Shown: positions 51,098 to 63,070, numbered from the stretch's first letter. The stretch is 64,000 nt of DNA from Candidatus Binataceae bacterium (GCA_030038355.1 JASHPB010000071.1:6550-70549), one strand, 5' to 3'. A program made the numbers and translations. The notes: generated from the sequence alone by a model not told the origin.

Positions 51098-53755
51098 ATG
51101 GAACCGATTAAAGATGTTGACCCGGAGGAGACTACCGAGTGGCTGGATGCGCTGGAGGCACTGATTGATGCCGAAGGGATCGATCGCGCCCATTTTCTGC
51201 TTGAGAATCTGATTTCGCGAGCCCGCTCGCGCGGGACCTTCCTTCCCTACAACGCCAACACTCCATACCTAAACACGATCCCCGTTTCGCAACAGCCGCG
51301 CTATCCCGGCGACCGCGAAATCGAGCGCCGCATCAACGCCGCCATCCGCTGGAATGCGCTCGCGATGGTAGTGCGCGCCAACCAGGAATCGTCCGAGCTA
51401 GGCGGGCATATCGCGACCTTTCAGTCGGCGGCCACTCTTTACGATGTGGGATTCAGCCACTTCTGGCGCGCGCCCTCGGCTGAGCACGGCGGCGATCTGA
51501 TCTATTTCCAGGGACATTCGTCGCCGGGCATCTATGCGCGTGCGTTCGTCGAAGGACGCATCAGCGAAGAGCAGCTGCTTCACTTCCGGCGCGAGGTCGA
51601 CGGCACAGGCCTGTCCTCATATCCGCATCCATGGCTGATGCCCGAGTTCTGGCAGTTCCCTACGGTCTCGATGGGCCTCGGCCCGATCATGGCCATCTAC
51701 CAGGCGCGCTTCATGAAGTATCTCGAGGGGCGCGGGCTCGCGACGATGGGTGACCGCCACGTCTGGGCGTTCGTCGGAGACGGCGAGATGGACGAGCCCG
51801 AATCGCTCGGCGCGATCTCGCTCGCCGCGCGCGAGAAACTCGACAACCTGATCTTTGTCGTCAACTGCAACCTGCAGCGGCTCGATGGACCGGTGCGTGG
51901 CAACGGCAAGATCATTCAGGAGCTCGAGGCGGACTTCCGCGGCGTCGGCTGGAACGTGATCAAGGTGCTGTGGGGCAGCAACTGGGACGCGCTGCTCGAT
52001 CGCGACAAGCTCGGCGTGCTGCGCAAGCGCATGGAAGAAGCCGTGGACGGCGAGTACCAGGCATTCAAGGCGCGCGACGGCGCATACGTGCGCAAGGAAT
52101 TCTTCGCCAAGTATCCGGAGCTGCTCGAGATGGTGTCTGGCATGACCGACGAAGAGGTCTGGCAGCTCCGCCGCGGCGGTCACGATCCGATCAAGGTTTA
52201 CGCCGCATACCACGCCGCCGTGAATCATCGCGAGCAGCCCACCGTGATCCTTGCCAAGACGATCAAGGGTTATGGCATGGGCGCGGCCGGCGAAGGCATG
52301 AACATCACCCATCAGCAGAAGAAGATGGGGCTTGAGGAGCTCAAGGCGTTTCGCGACCGCTTCAAGATTCCCGTCTCCGACGACGAAATCGGCGAGGTAC
52401 CGCTCTATCGTCTCGCCGAGAACGGCGTTGAGCTGAAGTACCTGCGCGAGCGGCGCGCCGCCCTCGACGGCCATCTGCCGCAGCGGCGGCGCAAATCCGT
52501 AGCGCTTGAGATTCCTCCCCTCTCCGCATTCGAGCTGCAACTGAAGGGCAGCGAGGATCGAGAAAACTCGACCACGATGGCTTTCGTGCGCATCCTCGCC
52601 GAGTTGCTACGCCACAAGACGATTGGCGCGCGTATCGTGCCGATCGTGCCCGACGAGTCGCGCACCTTCGGCATGGAAGGGATGTTCCGTCAACTCGGAA
52701 TCTTTTCGCAGGTCGGACAACTCTACAAACCGGAGGATGCGGGCCAGCTCATGTTCTATCGCGAGCATCAGCACGGCCAGATCCTGCAGGAAGGAATCTG
52801 CGAGGCCGGCGCGATGTCATCGTGGATCGCCGCGGCGGCCTCCTACAGCACTCACGACCTGCCAATGATCCCGTTTTACATCTTCTATTCGATGTTCGGG
52901 TTTCAGCGTGTTGGCGACCTTGCCTGGGCCGCTGGCGATTCACGATGCCGCGGGTTCCTGCTCGGCGGAACCTCGGGACGCACTACACTCAACGGCGAGG
53001 GTCTGCAGCACGCCGACGGTCACAGCCACGTGCTCTCGTCCGTTATTCCGAACTGCCTCTCGTATGATCCGACGTTTGGCTACGAAGTTGCCGTGATAAT
53101 CCACGACGGTCTCCGAAAAATGATCGCCGAGCAGCAGGACGTTTTTTATTACATCACGCTGATGAACGAGAACTATCAGCACCCGCCGATGCCGAAGGGC
53201 GCCGAAGCGAGCATTCTCAAAGGGATGTACCTCTTCCGCGACGGCCGCAACGGCAAGGCGCCGCGCGTGCAACTACTCGGTTCGGGAACGATTCTGCGCG
53301 AAGTGATCGCGGCGGCGGATCTCCTGCACGACGACTTCGGCGTCGCCGCCGATATCTGGAGTGTGCCGAGCTTCACCGAGCTGCGGCGCGAGGGAATCGA
53401 GGTCGAGCGCTGGAACACGCTACATCCGAGCGCCAAGCAACGCCGCAGTTATGTCGAGACCTGCCTTGCCGAGCGGCCTGGCCCGGTCGTTGCCTCGACT
53501 GATTACATCCGCACTTTCCCCGATCAGATCCGGCCCTTCGTCCCGCGCCGCTATCGAGTGCTCGGCACCGATGGCTTTGGCCGGAGCGATTATCGCGCGC
53601 GACTTCGCAACTTCTTCGAAGTCGATCGCTATTACGTCGCCGTGGCGGCGCTCAAGGCGCTCGCGGATGACGAGCAGCTTCCGATCTCCAAGGTCGACGC
53701 CGCCATCAAGAAGTACCACATCGATACTGAGAAACCGATGCCGACGACTGTATGA
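51098..53755 (+). CDS. aceE: Pyruvate dehydrogenase E1, homodimeric type
   Basis: DVDPEETTEW, GGHIA, YPHP, PTVSMGLG, GDGEMDEPES and GEGLQH. Confidence 0.97.
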   Translation: MEPIKDVDPEETTEWLDALEALIDAEGIDRAHFLLENLISRARSRGTFLPYNANTPYLNTIPVSQQPRYPGDREIERRINAAIRWNALAMVVRANQESSELGGHIATFQSAATLYDVGFSHFWRAPSAEHGGDLIYFQGHSSPGIYARAFVEGRISEEQLLHFRREVDGTGLSSYPHPWLMPEFWQFPTVSMGLGPIMAIYQARFMKYLEGRGLATMGDRHVWAFVGDGEMDEPESLGAISLAAREKLDNLIFVVNCNLQRLDGPVRGNGKIIQELEADFRGVGWNVIKVLWGSNWDALLDRDKLGVLRKRMEEAVDGEYQAFKARDGAYVRKEFFAKYPELLEMVSGMTDEEVWQLRRGGHDPIKVYAAYHAAVNHREQPTVILAKTIKGYGMGAAGEGMNITHQQKKMGLEELKAFRDRFKIPVSDDEIGEVPLYRLAENGVELKYLRERRAALDGHLPQRRRKSVALEIPPLSAFELQLKGSEDRENSTTMAFVRILAELLRHKTIGARIVPIVPDESRTFGMEGMFRQLGIFSQVGQLYKPEDAGQLMFYREHQHGQILQEGICEAGAMSSWIAAAASYSTHDLPMIPFYIFYSMFGFQRVGDLAWAAGDSRCRGFLLGGTSGRTTLNGEGLQHADGHSHVLSSVIPNCLSYDPTFGYEVAVIIHDGLRKMIAEQQDVFYYITLMNENYQHPPMPKGAEASILKGMYLFRDGRNGKAPRVQLLGSGTILREVIAAADLLHDDFGVAADIWSVPSFTELRREGIEVERWNTLHPSAKQRRSYVETCLAERPGPVVASTDYIRTFPDQIRPFVPRRYRVLGTDGFGRSDYRARLRNFFEVDRYYVAVAALKALADDEQLPISKVDAAIKKYHIDTEKPMPTTV

Positions 53756-55131
53756 GCAAGCTCATAAACATCACCCTTCCCGATATCGGCGACTTCCACG
53801 ACGTCGAAGTCGTAGAAGTGATGGTCAAGCCGGGCGACAAGATCCGCGTGGACGATTCGCTGATCACGATCGAATCCGACAAAGCCTCGATGGAAGTGCC
53901 ATCGACCGCGGACGGCGTGATCAAGGAGCTCAAGGTCAAAGTCGGCGACAAGGTCTCCGAAGGATCCGCAATAGTCGTGGTCGAGGCGGCCGAAGGCGCG
54001 GGCACGCCCGAAGAAGTCGCCGCCAAGCCGCCATCGGTAGCTCCAGTTCCGGCGCGTGTACCGGCTCCCGCTCCGGCACCGGCATCGTCTCGCCCGGCAC
54101 GGGCTCCTGCAGCCGCCGCACCGGCGCCTGCGCCGTCACAGGCGCGCGCTGAATCTGCGGCTGCACCTTCCAGCGCCAAAGTGATCCCGATTCAATCCGC
54201 GCCGCAGCCAAGCGAGCCGCCAATCGTCCGCCCGCACGCAAGTCCCGCGGTGCGCAAGTTCGCGCGCGAACTTGGCGTCGATCTTGCGCAGATTCACGGC
54301 ACGGGCTTGAGCGGCCGAATCTTCCGCAGCGACGTCGAGCAATTCGTGAAGGCCGCGATGAAGACGCCGCGCGTCGAGCAGCATCCCGCTGCACCCGGGC
54401 TCGACTTGATTGCGTGGCCGAAAGTCGATTTCACCCGTTTCGGCGAGATCGAAACCCGACCCTTGAACCGCATTCGCCGCCTGTCCAAAACGAATCTCGC
54501 GCGCAACTGGGTGATGATTCCGCACGTCACGCAGTTCGACGAGGCCGATGTCACCGAACTCGAAGCTTTTCGCCACGAGATCAACGCGAAAGCACCCAAC
54601 AACGGCGTACGCCTCACGCTCCTCGCGTTCGTGCTCAAGGCCCTGGTGCCGGCGCTGAAGGAATTTCCGGAGTTCAATTCGTCGCTCGAGGGCGACAATC
54701 TGATCTTAAAGAAATACTTTCATTTTGCGTTTGCTGCCGACACACCCGAGGGTCTACTCGTGCCGGTTATTCACGATGTCGACAAGAAAGGCGTGCTTGA
54801 GATTGCCGCCGAGACTGCGGCTCTGGCCGCCAGAGCGCGCGAGGGGAAGTTGCGGCCGGCGGATATCCAGGGTGGATGCATCACGGTGTCGAGCCTCGGT
54901 GGAATCGGCGGAACTGCCTTTACCCCAATTATCAACGCGCCGGAAGTCGCGGTGCTCGGCGTATCGCGCGTCGCGCACAAACCAGTATGGCGGGACGGCG
55001 CCTTCGTGCCGCGCCTAATGCTGCCGCTGTCGCTCTCCTACGATCATCGCGTGATCGACGGCGCCCTCGCCGCCCGCTTCAGCACGTATTTCGGCACGCT
55101 GCTCGGAGATATGCGCCGCGCGCTGCTCTGA
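53752..55131 (+). CDS. aceF: Pyruvate dehydrogenase E2 dihydrolipoyl acetyltransferase (one lipoyl domain)
   Basis: ESDKASMEVP, HASPAVRKFARELG and DHRVIDG. Confidence 0.96.
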   Translation: MSKLINITLPDIGDFHDVEVVEVMVKPGDKIRVDDSLITIESDKASMEVPSTADGVIKELKVKVGDKVSEGSAIVVVEAAEGAGTPEEVAAKPPSVAPVPARVPAPAPAPASSRPARAPAAAAPAPAPSQARAESAAAPSSAKVIPIQSAPQPSEPPIVRPHASPAVRKFARELGVDLAQIHGTGLSGRIFRSDVEQFVKAAMKTPRVEQHPAAPGLDLIAWPKVDFTRFGEIETRPLNRIRRLSKTNLARNWVMIPHVTQFDEADVTELEAFRHEINAKAPNNGVRLTLLAFVLKALVPALKEFPEFNSSLEGDNLILKKYFHFAFAADTPEGLLVPVIHDVDKKGVLEIAAETAALAARAREGKLRPADIQGGCITVSSLGGIGGTAFTPIINAPEVAVLGVSRVAHKPVWRDGAFVPRLMLPLSLSYDHRVIDGALAARFSTYFGTLLGDMRRALL

Positions 55132-55234
55132 GCGCCGGTTGATTTGTGCGCCCGCATTTCAGATAACAAACCCGTCGGCGCCGACTGCGCGGTGGCGCAT
55201 AATTCGTGAAAAGCGAAAATCGAGGTCGAGGAAC

Positions 55235-56383
55235 ATGGGTGTACTTTCGGGCTATCGCATCATCGAGTTGGCTGGGATCGGGCCGGGTCCAATGTGCGCG
55301 ATGCTGTTGTCGGACATGGGCGCCGAGGTGGCGCGAATCGATCGCCTTGCTGACGCAGGCCTCGGCATCTCAGCGGAAACCAAGTTCAACTTCCTGAATC
55401 GCGGCCGCCGCTCGATCGCGCTCGATCTGAAACAGCCTGAGGCAATCGAGACTCTGCTCAAGATGGTCGAGCGCGCTGATGCTCTTATCGAGGGCTTTCG
55501 TCCCGGCGTCACCGAGCGGCTTGGCCTCGGTCCGGACGTATGCTTGAAGCACAACCCACGCCTCGTTTACGGGCGCATGACCGGATGGGGCCAGGAAGGT
55601 CCGCTCGCGCAGGCTGCGGGCCACGATATCAACTACATCGCGCTTTCGGGCGCGCTCGGATCGATCGGCCGCCGCGGTGAAGCCCCGGTGCCGCCGCTCA
55701 ACCTCGTGGGCGATTTCGGCGGTGGTGCGCTATTCCTCGCACTCGGCGTCGTTGCGGGACTGCTCGAAGCGCAGAAGTCCGGCAAGGGACAAGTAGTCGA
55801 TGCGGCCATGGTCGATGGCGCAGCTTCGCTGATGACTGCGATCTACGGGATTCGCGCCGCCGGCATCTGGAGCGATAAGCGCGGCGATAATATCCTCGAT
55901 ACCGGTGCGCACTACTACGACGTCTACGAGACCAAAGACGGCGAGTACATTTCGATCGGGTCGATCGAACCGAAGTTCTACGAAGAGCTGCTTGTGCTGT
56001 CCGGTCTCAAGAACGAAGAACTGCCGCGCCAGAACGATCGCGCCAAGTGGCCCGCGATGAAGGAGCGGGTGCGCGCGCTGTTCAAAACGAAGACCCGCGA
56101 CCAGTGGTGCAAGATCATGGAGGGCAGCGACGTATGCTTCGCCCCCGTGCTCAGCATGGACGAGGCGCCGGAGCATCCGCATAATCGCCATCGCGGAACC
56201 TTCGTCGAAAGCGGCGGTGTCCGCCAGCCGGGACCCGCGCCTCGCTTCAGCCGCACTCCGAGCGAGATTCAGCGGCCGCCCGCACGCCCGGGCGAGCATA
56301 CGGAAGAAGCGCTCAGCGATTGGGGCTTTAGTGCCAATGATCTGGCGCGGCTCCGCGAATGCGGCGCAATCGCTCGCAAGTGA
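55235..56383 (+). CDS. CaiB/BaiF CoA-transferase family (alpha-methylacyl-CoA racemase-like)
   Basis: ELAGIGPGP, EGFRPGV, GHDINY and NLVGDFGGG. Confidence 0.94.
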   Translation: MGVLSGYRIIELAGIGPGPMCAMLLSDMGAEVARIDRLADAGLGISAETKFNFLNRGRRSIALDLKQPEAIETLLKMVERADALIEGFRPGVTERLGLGPDVCLKHNPRLVYGRMTGWGQEGPLAQAAGHDINYIALSGALGSIGRRGEAPVPPLNLVGDFGGGALFLALGVVAGLLEAQKSGKGQVVDAAMVDGAASLMTAIYGIRAAGIWSDKRGDNILDTGAHYYDVYETKDGEYISIGSIEPKFYEELLVLSGLKNEELPRQNDRAKWPAMKERVRALFKTKTRDQWCKIMEGSDVCFAPVLSMDEAPEHPHNRHRGTFVESGGVRQPGPAPRFSRTPSEIQRPPARPGEHTEEALSDWGFSANDLARLRECGAIARK

Positions 56384-56564
56384 GCTAGCTTCTTTCGCCT
56401 TCGTTAGCAGTTCGAATTCTTCTCGCGCACATTCGCGTATAAACGCATGCTATCTTTGCGCGCGCGAATTAGCGCCACTCTGCGGCTTCGCTATCCTCAG
56501 ACTCGGAGCCGTGTTGTGCTTCGGCTCAGGCACTAAAATGCAACTTCGGCTGAGGTTCTCATTC

Positions 56565-57182
56565 ATGAGACTGCTAGTGGTTTTAATCTCCTCGCTCGGA
56601 CTCGCCGGATGCGCGGCGCTTGCAGCCGGCGGCGGCGCCGCGCCTACCTCTGCTTCCGATGCCGAGACCGCAGCGTCCACGGTTTCAGCGATGCCGAAGC
56701 CTTCGGCTTTTGACTACGTCGCCAAATCGGAAACCGAGGTCAAGTTCGTAAACCCCGCTTCATTGCTGACGAACAGCTCGCGCATCGATGCCAAAGTGAT
56801 TGAGGAACAATGCCGGTTCCACAGCGCAGATCCGCTGTTTTTCATACCCAATGCCAAATCCGAGGGCGCGTGGACTTTTGCCGGCCGCATGAACGAGGAC
56901 GGAACCTTCCAGGCCCTCGATTACCAGAGCATCTTTTCTCTCGGTATTGGAGAGGGCGCGCAACAAGTCGGCACCTGGCCGATCAAGATGGTGCCGCTCA
57001 GTGACTTTCCCGACGAGTATCTCCAGGATCGGATGGCGGTTGTGGCGACAGACAAAATCGATGGCGCCTATCAACATGACCTAACCGCTCGCTATATCGC
57101 CAACTCCCAGCGTCTGGAGCAGCGCGTCGCCGAGCTCGAGCAGGCTTACAATCCGCAAGAGGAGTGCGTGGGGCGCAAATAG
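56565..57182 (+). CDS. Hypothetical lipoprotein
   Basis: LAGC lipobox; start at 56538 or 56565. Confidence 0.65.
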   Translation: MRLLVVLISSLGLAGCAALAAGGGAAPTSASDAETAASTVSAMPKPSAFDYVAKSETEVKFVNPASLLTNSSRIDAKVIEEQCRFHSADPLFFIPNAKSEGAWTFAGRMNEDGTFQALDYQSIFSLGIGEGAQQVGTWPIKMVPLSDFPDEYLQDRMAVVATDKIDGAYQHDLTARYIANSQRLEQRVAELEQAYNPQEECVGRK

Positions 57183-57197
57183 CTAGGAACGAGGTGA

Positions 57198-58535
57198 TCA
57201 GAAGTAGATCGGATCGACGTAGAGGCCGCGCTCGGTCGCGGCGGACGGGGCCGCGAGCCCGGGCGTCCACATGTTGTACTCCTCGACCTCGTCGGCGAGC
57301 GATCTGATCAAATCGACACCGGCGGAAGCAGGAGAACTGAATATCGAGAGTGCGTCGATCCCCCGATCGCGCAGCGCTGCGCAAGCGCTTTTCAGCAGGT
57401 TCACAAATTCGTCTTCACCGCCGGAAGCAAACGCGTAGTCGAGGACGACGCCCCGGCGCGATCGCGTCGTCTTGCCGTCTTTCTCAGTCACCACGCAAAG
57501 CGATTCGCCCGCCGGCCACACGCCGACGATCGCGCGCGACGTCATCCGGATATTTCGCCAGGAATAAAGTTCAGGAGCCCGTTCAAGCCGCGCCGTCAGA
57601 GATTCTATCGTGTACGGCAGGTACATCTCCTCGCGCGCGTGACCCGCATTCAGCATTGCGACCATTGCGGCGGCGTCGTCGCGCGTCGCGGCGCGTCCGG
57701 CAGGCGCTGCAGCGCGCCGCGCCGCCGACAACTGCATTTTGAGCGCGGTGATATCCCACTTGCTCGGCGTATTAATGAAGCCATGCTGCATGCCCGCGTT
57801 ATTGACCGAGATGTAAGCATTCGATCCATCGGTATTGTCGTCGAAGCGATCGAGCACGCGGTTGGCCGCGCCCCAGAGGCCCTTGCGCTGATGTTCCGGC
57901 AGAACGCGCAGGTGAATCACGGTAACGATTGGATGATCGATGCCGCCGATTCGCACGGTATGCTTTGCGCCACAAGTCACCGCCGCTGGAATTCCATCCA
58001 GTGAGGCGATACCGATTACGTATTCCTCCATCAACCGCGCAAAAGCGAAATAGTCAGTCCCGCGCTCGAAATATACTTTGGTGTCGCCCAGCACGATTGG
58101 GCAACGCCGCTCGATATCGGCGAGTATCGCAGCATCGGCCGACGTCGCGTCGCGCACGTCGAGCTTGAACTCGAATTGCCGCTCCCAGTCGAGGCGCGAG
58201 ATTCGATGGTAACCTGCAGGCTCGACCTCGAGTTTCAACCGCCAGCGCTGATTCTTCGAGGTTTCAATTCGCGCGACGAGCATGAAGTCCGAATGCGCTT
58301 CTAGTTCGATCTTTGCGAGTTCACCCATCCGTGCAGCGAATGCAGCCCATTGGGCGCGCTCCTTTTCGTCGCTTTCGTGTGCGGTGAAGCGCCGAGAGAC
58401 TTCAGGCGTGTAGTGATGCTCGTCGGCGGTCGAAGCGCCCTCGCCCTTGGTGAGCATCCGCCCGAGGTACCACTTCGCCTGCGCGCCGACGGGCGACTCC
58501 GGAATGTCGTTTAGCAGTGGAAAATCAACGGCCAT
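57198..58535 (-). CDS. GNAT-fold acetyltransferase with N-terminal extra domain
   Basis: HLRVLPEHQRKGLW (motif A), N.GM, and a second RAATRDD-type strand. Confidence 0.72.
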   Translation of the reverse strand: MAVDFPLLNDIPESPVGAQAKWYLGRMLTKGEGASTADEHHYTPEVSRRFTAHESDEKERAQWAAFAARMGELAKIELEAHSDFMLVARIETSKNQRWRLKLEVEPAGYHRISRLDWERQFEFKLDVRDATSADAAILADIERRCPIVLGDTKVYFERGTDYFAFARLMEEYVIGIASLDGIPAAVTCGAKHTVRIGGIDHPIVTVIHLRVLPEHQRKGLWGAANRVLDRFDDNTDGSNAYISVNNAGMQHGFINTPSKWDITALKMQLSAARRAAAPAGRAATRDDAAAMVAMLNAGHAREEMYLPYTIESLTARLERAPELYSWRNIRMTSRAIVGVWPAGESLCVVTEKDGKTTRSRRGVVLDYAFASGGEDEFVNLLKSACAALRDRGIDALSIFSSPASAGVDLIRSLADEVEEYNMWTPGLAAPSAATERGLYVDPIYF

Positions 58536-58570
58536 CGTCGCTCGATAATACCGAGGCAATGGCCGAATAA

Positions 58571-61500
58571 CTATCTGGTGGCGCCCGCGTCGCGTCTCGG
58601 CTCTTCGGCGTCGGACTTGTGATCGGAACGAGGCACAGCGGCGAGTTCGACTCTATCGCGATCGCCACGATTGGCGATCCGTTCGACGAGTACGAACAGG
58701 GCTGGGACGAGAAAGATTGCGAACGCGCTGGAGAAGATCATGCCGACGATTGTAACAGTCCCGATCAATCGCCGTGCCGCCGCACCCGCGCCCAGAGCGG
58801 GAACAATCCGAAGACGAAGGCAAACGAAGTCATGAGGATGGGCCGGAGGCGCTGCCGCGCACCGTTCAGCGCCGCCGTCACAATCGATTGGCCCTTCTCC
58901 AATTCGGCCTTGGCAAACTCGATGATCAGGATCGCGTTCTTGGCCGACAATCCAATCAACATGATGAGGCCGACCTGCGCGTAGATGTCGTTATCGAAGT
59001 GCCGCGACCAGAGGCCGACGAACGCACCGCAGACTGCAACCGGAACGCTCAAGAGAACGGCGAATGGCAATGACCAACTCTCATACAATGCGGCGAGGAT
59101 CAGAAAGACGAGGACAAGCGAGAGCACGAACACACCCGCACCGTTTCCTGCAATCGATTGCTGGTACGAGATACCGTTCCACGCGGTACCCATATCGCGC
59201 GGAAGAACCGAGTTTGCACTGTCTACCACGGCAGCCATCGCATCGCCGGTGCTGTAACCGGGACCGGGTTGCGCGAAAATCTCGATGCTTCGATATTCGT
59301 TGAAGCGTGTCGTATATTCCGGGCCGAACGTGCGCTTCATGTTGAGCAGAGTCGAAAGAGGAATCATCGCGCCCTGGTTGTTGCGCACGTAGAACTGACC
59401 AACGTCGGTCGCGCGGGTCCGATACTCAGGCTCCGCTTCGACGAACACCTTCCATACCCGTCCGAAGCGGTTGAATTGATTGACGTAGTAACCACCGAGC
59501 AGCGTCTGCAGCGTTCGAAAGACGTCACTAATCGAAATACCAAGCTTGAACACCTTATCGTGGTCGACGGCGGCGTACATCTGTGGCACCGCCGAACTGA
59601 AGATAAGGTTCAGTCGCGCAAATTCCGGCCGCTTGTGCAACGCGGCGAGAAACTTCTGCGTGTTGTCCCATAGATAGTCCACGCCTTTGCCGGCCCGATC
59701 CTGCACGAAAAAATCTACTCCGCTCGCCTGTCCGATGCCCGGGATTGCCGGCGGCAGAAAAGCCAACACCTGGGCCTCGGGCAGCGCGGCGAAGTTTTTA
59801 TTCAACCGCGCCAGAACCGCGCCAACCTGCATCGAAGGCGTTGCGCGCTCAGCGTACGGCTGCAGCAGACAAAAATAGGTGCCGCTGCGAGTGCTGGTCG
59901 TCTGCGACAACAGGCTATAGTCCGCGATGGCGTTACTGTAGCGGATGGCCGGCTCGTCTTTGAGAATTCCGTCGATTTTTTTCATCAGCGCAACCGTGCG
60001 CTGGAGCGAGGCGGCCTCCGGCAACTCAAGGTTGATTATCAAATAGCCCTGGTCTTCGTCCGGCAGGAACGATTGCGGCAGGATGCGTCCGATTCCTCCC
60101 GCGAGGACGGTGAATCCCGACAGCACCGCGATTGCCAGGATCGTGCGCCTTATCAGCAGCCTTGATACCGTGACATAGCCCTTCTGCGCGCGGGCGAAGA
60201 GTGAGTTGAATAGGTCGAAGAAGCGCGCCAGCGGGCCGCGCGATGGCGTCGCCGGGCGGGGTCGCAGGATCAACGTGCCCAAGGCAGGACTCAGCGTCAA
60301 GGCGTTAAAGGCGGAGATAATCACCAAGAACGCGATCGTCAGCGCGAATTGGCGATAGAGCGAACCTGTGATTCCAGCCATGAACCCGGCGGGCAGAAAA
60401 ACCGCGGACAGCACGAGCGCGATGCCGACCAGCGCGCCGCCAACTTCGCTCATCGCCGCTACCGCCGCCTCGCGAGGCGCCAGCCCGTCGTCGATCTTTG
60501 CCTCGATTGCCTCGACAACTACGATCGCGTCGTCAACCACCAGCCCCACCGCAAGCACGAGTCCGAGTAACGAGAGCGTGTTTACCGAGAAGCCGACCGC
60601 GGGGAAAAACATGAATGCTCCCACCAGCGATACGGGAATCGTCAGGACCGGAATCAGGGTCGCGCGCCAGTTCTGCAGAAAGATAAAGATCACCAGCACG
60701 ACCAGCGCGATTGCCTCCAGCAACGTCTTGACGATCTCGTACGCGCCTTCCGTGACAGGCACGGTGGTGTCGAGCGTCAGCGCGACCTGCATGTCCGGAG
60801 GAAATTTTTTTGCGAGCTCGGCCATCCGCGCCTTCGCACGATTCGCGGCTTCCAGCGCGTTCGAGCCCGGATTCTGAAACAGGAGCAGCAGAGAGGAGGG
60901 CGCGCTGTTCATCGAGGCCTGCTGCGTGTAGCTCTCGGCGCCAAGCTCGATCCGCACGACATCCTTAAGACGCACGAGGGAACCATCAGGATTTGATCGC
61001 AGAACAATGTTGCCGAAATCCTCCGCAGTAGGGAGACGGCCCTTAGCCGTAACCGTATAGGTTTCGGCTTGACCGGGAGGAGCGGGCTCGCCGCCGATCG
61101 TGCCGGCGGGATTGACGACGTTCGGCGCGGAGATCGCCTTCTCGATATCCGCCACCGTCAACTGGAGTTTGGCGAGCCTGTCCGGAGCCACCCAGATCCG
61201 CATCGCATAGCTCGATGCGCCGAACACCTTGACCTGCCCGATGCCGGGAATTCGCGCGAGTTCGTCCTGGATATTTATCGTGACGTAGTTCGCGAGGAAG
61301 TTCTGATCCCAGGTCCTGCCCGGCGATGTAACCGAAAAGACGAGCAGTGGGATACCGACCGTCTGCTGCGTCGTCAGGCCGTAGGCGGTGACGTCCGCGG
61401 GCAGGCTCGATGTCGCTTGCGACAACCGATTCTGGACCTGCACCTGGTCGAGGTCGACGTTGGTATCGACATCGAATCTCACGATCAGCGTCATCGTCCC

Positions 61501-61755
61501 GTCGTTGCCGTTGATCGACTGCATGTGGAGCATGTTTTTTGCGCCGTTCACCTGCTCCTCGATCGGAGTGGCAACCGATTGCTCGACGGTGAGCGCATCG
61601 GCGCCGGTGTAGGTCGCGACGGTCTGAATCTGCGGCGGCACGATCTCGGGGAACTGCGCAACGGGCAGACGAAGGATCATCACGGCGCCCGTGATTACGA
61701 AAAAGATCGCAACCACGATCGCGACGATCGGATGTCTGATGAAGAAGTTCGACAC
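58571..61755 (-). pseudogene. HAE-1 RND permease frameshifted before the last TM helix
   Basis: Intact RND motifs up to FPLW (about 58790); [13 protein letters not shown]...FLVPALF continues in another frame. Confidence 0.8.
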
Positions 61756-61759
61756 TATG

Positions 61760-62987
61760 TCAGCTCTGCGCTGGCGGCACCGTTGCCGATGATGGCGAAG
61801 CGTCTCCGGCAGAGCCCGGTATATTGGCGGGAGATGGTCTCTGCGCCGCCACCGTCGGCGCGAGGGTCATACCATCTGATACCTTTTGCAGTCCTTCGGT
61901 GATGACGCGCTCGCCCGGTGATAGACCGGACTCGATTATCCTGAGACCTTGGGCCAGCTTGCCCAGTTTGACGGACCGGATGCTCACCTTGTTGTCCGCA
62001 TCGACGACCGCAACCTGGTATTGCCCCTGCGTCTCGAGCACCGCGTCGGGTGGGATCAGGACTGCGTCAGGCAAGGTATCTCCCACCGTGCGAACCTTCG
62101 CGTAGAGACCGGGCCGGAGTATCGCGCCAGGGTTGGGAAATAGCCCCTGAATCTCGATCGTGCCGGTCTGAACATTTACCTGCCGATTCGCAACATAGAA
62201 GTGGCCCCGATGCGGATATACGGAGCCGTCAGCGAGCACCATTTCAAGATCCGGCTCGTCCTTGGCACACCGGGTCTCTTCGTGCTCCTTGATCTTCTCG
62301 GCGTAATGGAGATACCCGCGCTCGCTGATCGGAAACTCGACCTCGATCGGATCGAGCTGCGAAACTGTGGTCAATCGCGAGGTGGTATTCAGCAAATCAC
62401 CCACCTGCGTCTTCGCGATACCCGCGACGCCGTCGATTGGCGACGTCACCTGCGTCCAATCGAGGTTGAGCTTGGCGGCCTCGACCGAGGCCTCAGCAGC
62501 TCGCACCGAGGCTGCACTAGCCTGGGCCGCCTGCTTGACGTGATTGTAATCCTGTTTGCTTACAATCTGTTGATCATAGAGAGGTCTGTAGCGCGCGAAA
62601 TCCTGCTGGTTCTTTTTGTTTTCCGTTTCCGCCTGCGACAACTGGCCGACGGCTTGATCGTAGGCCGCCTTGTATTGACGAGGATCGATCTGAAAAAGCA
62701 ACTGGCCGGTCTTGACGATGTCGCCATCCGTGTAGTTCTGCTTCAGCAGGTAACCGGAAACCCTTGGGAAAGATCTGAGCGTTGACGAAGCCTTCGGTCG
62801 TACCTACCCACTCGGAATAAATAGGAACATCCCTTTTGACGACGTAGGCGACAACTACTTGAGGCACTGCTGGCGGCACCGAGGCCGCAGTTCTGTGGCA
62901 CCCGGACGCTCCGATCGCCACAGCTCCCGCGAGCACGCATGCCGCCAGACCACGTCTGGACCAACGAAATAGACACCCCGAGCACAT
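61760..62987 (-). pseudogene. RND adaptor (MFP) with a +1 frameshift
   Basis: ASGC lipobox...AQIFPK, then VSGYLLKQNY in a shifted frame at the G run 62761-62763. Confidence 0.8.
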
Positions 62988-63070
62988 AAATCGATCTTCG
63001 GCCGACGCTAGAGGATGCGTCAGCGGGACAATCGACGCAATCGACGGTTGCGCTGCAGGTAAAAGTTAGC

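Noticed and set aside
54000-54230. GC-rich short tandem-like repeats
   Set aside because: They encode the normal Pro/Ala linker of AceF
62761-62763. Programmed frameshift or phase variation in the MFP
   Set aside because: The run is only three bases with no slippery heptamer, and the partner gene is also broken
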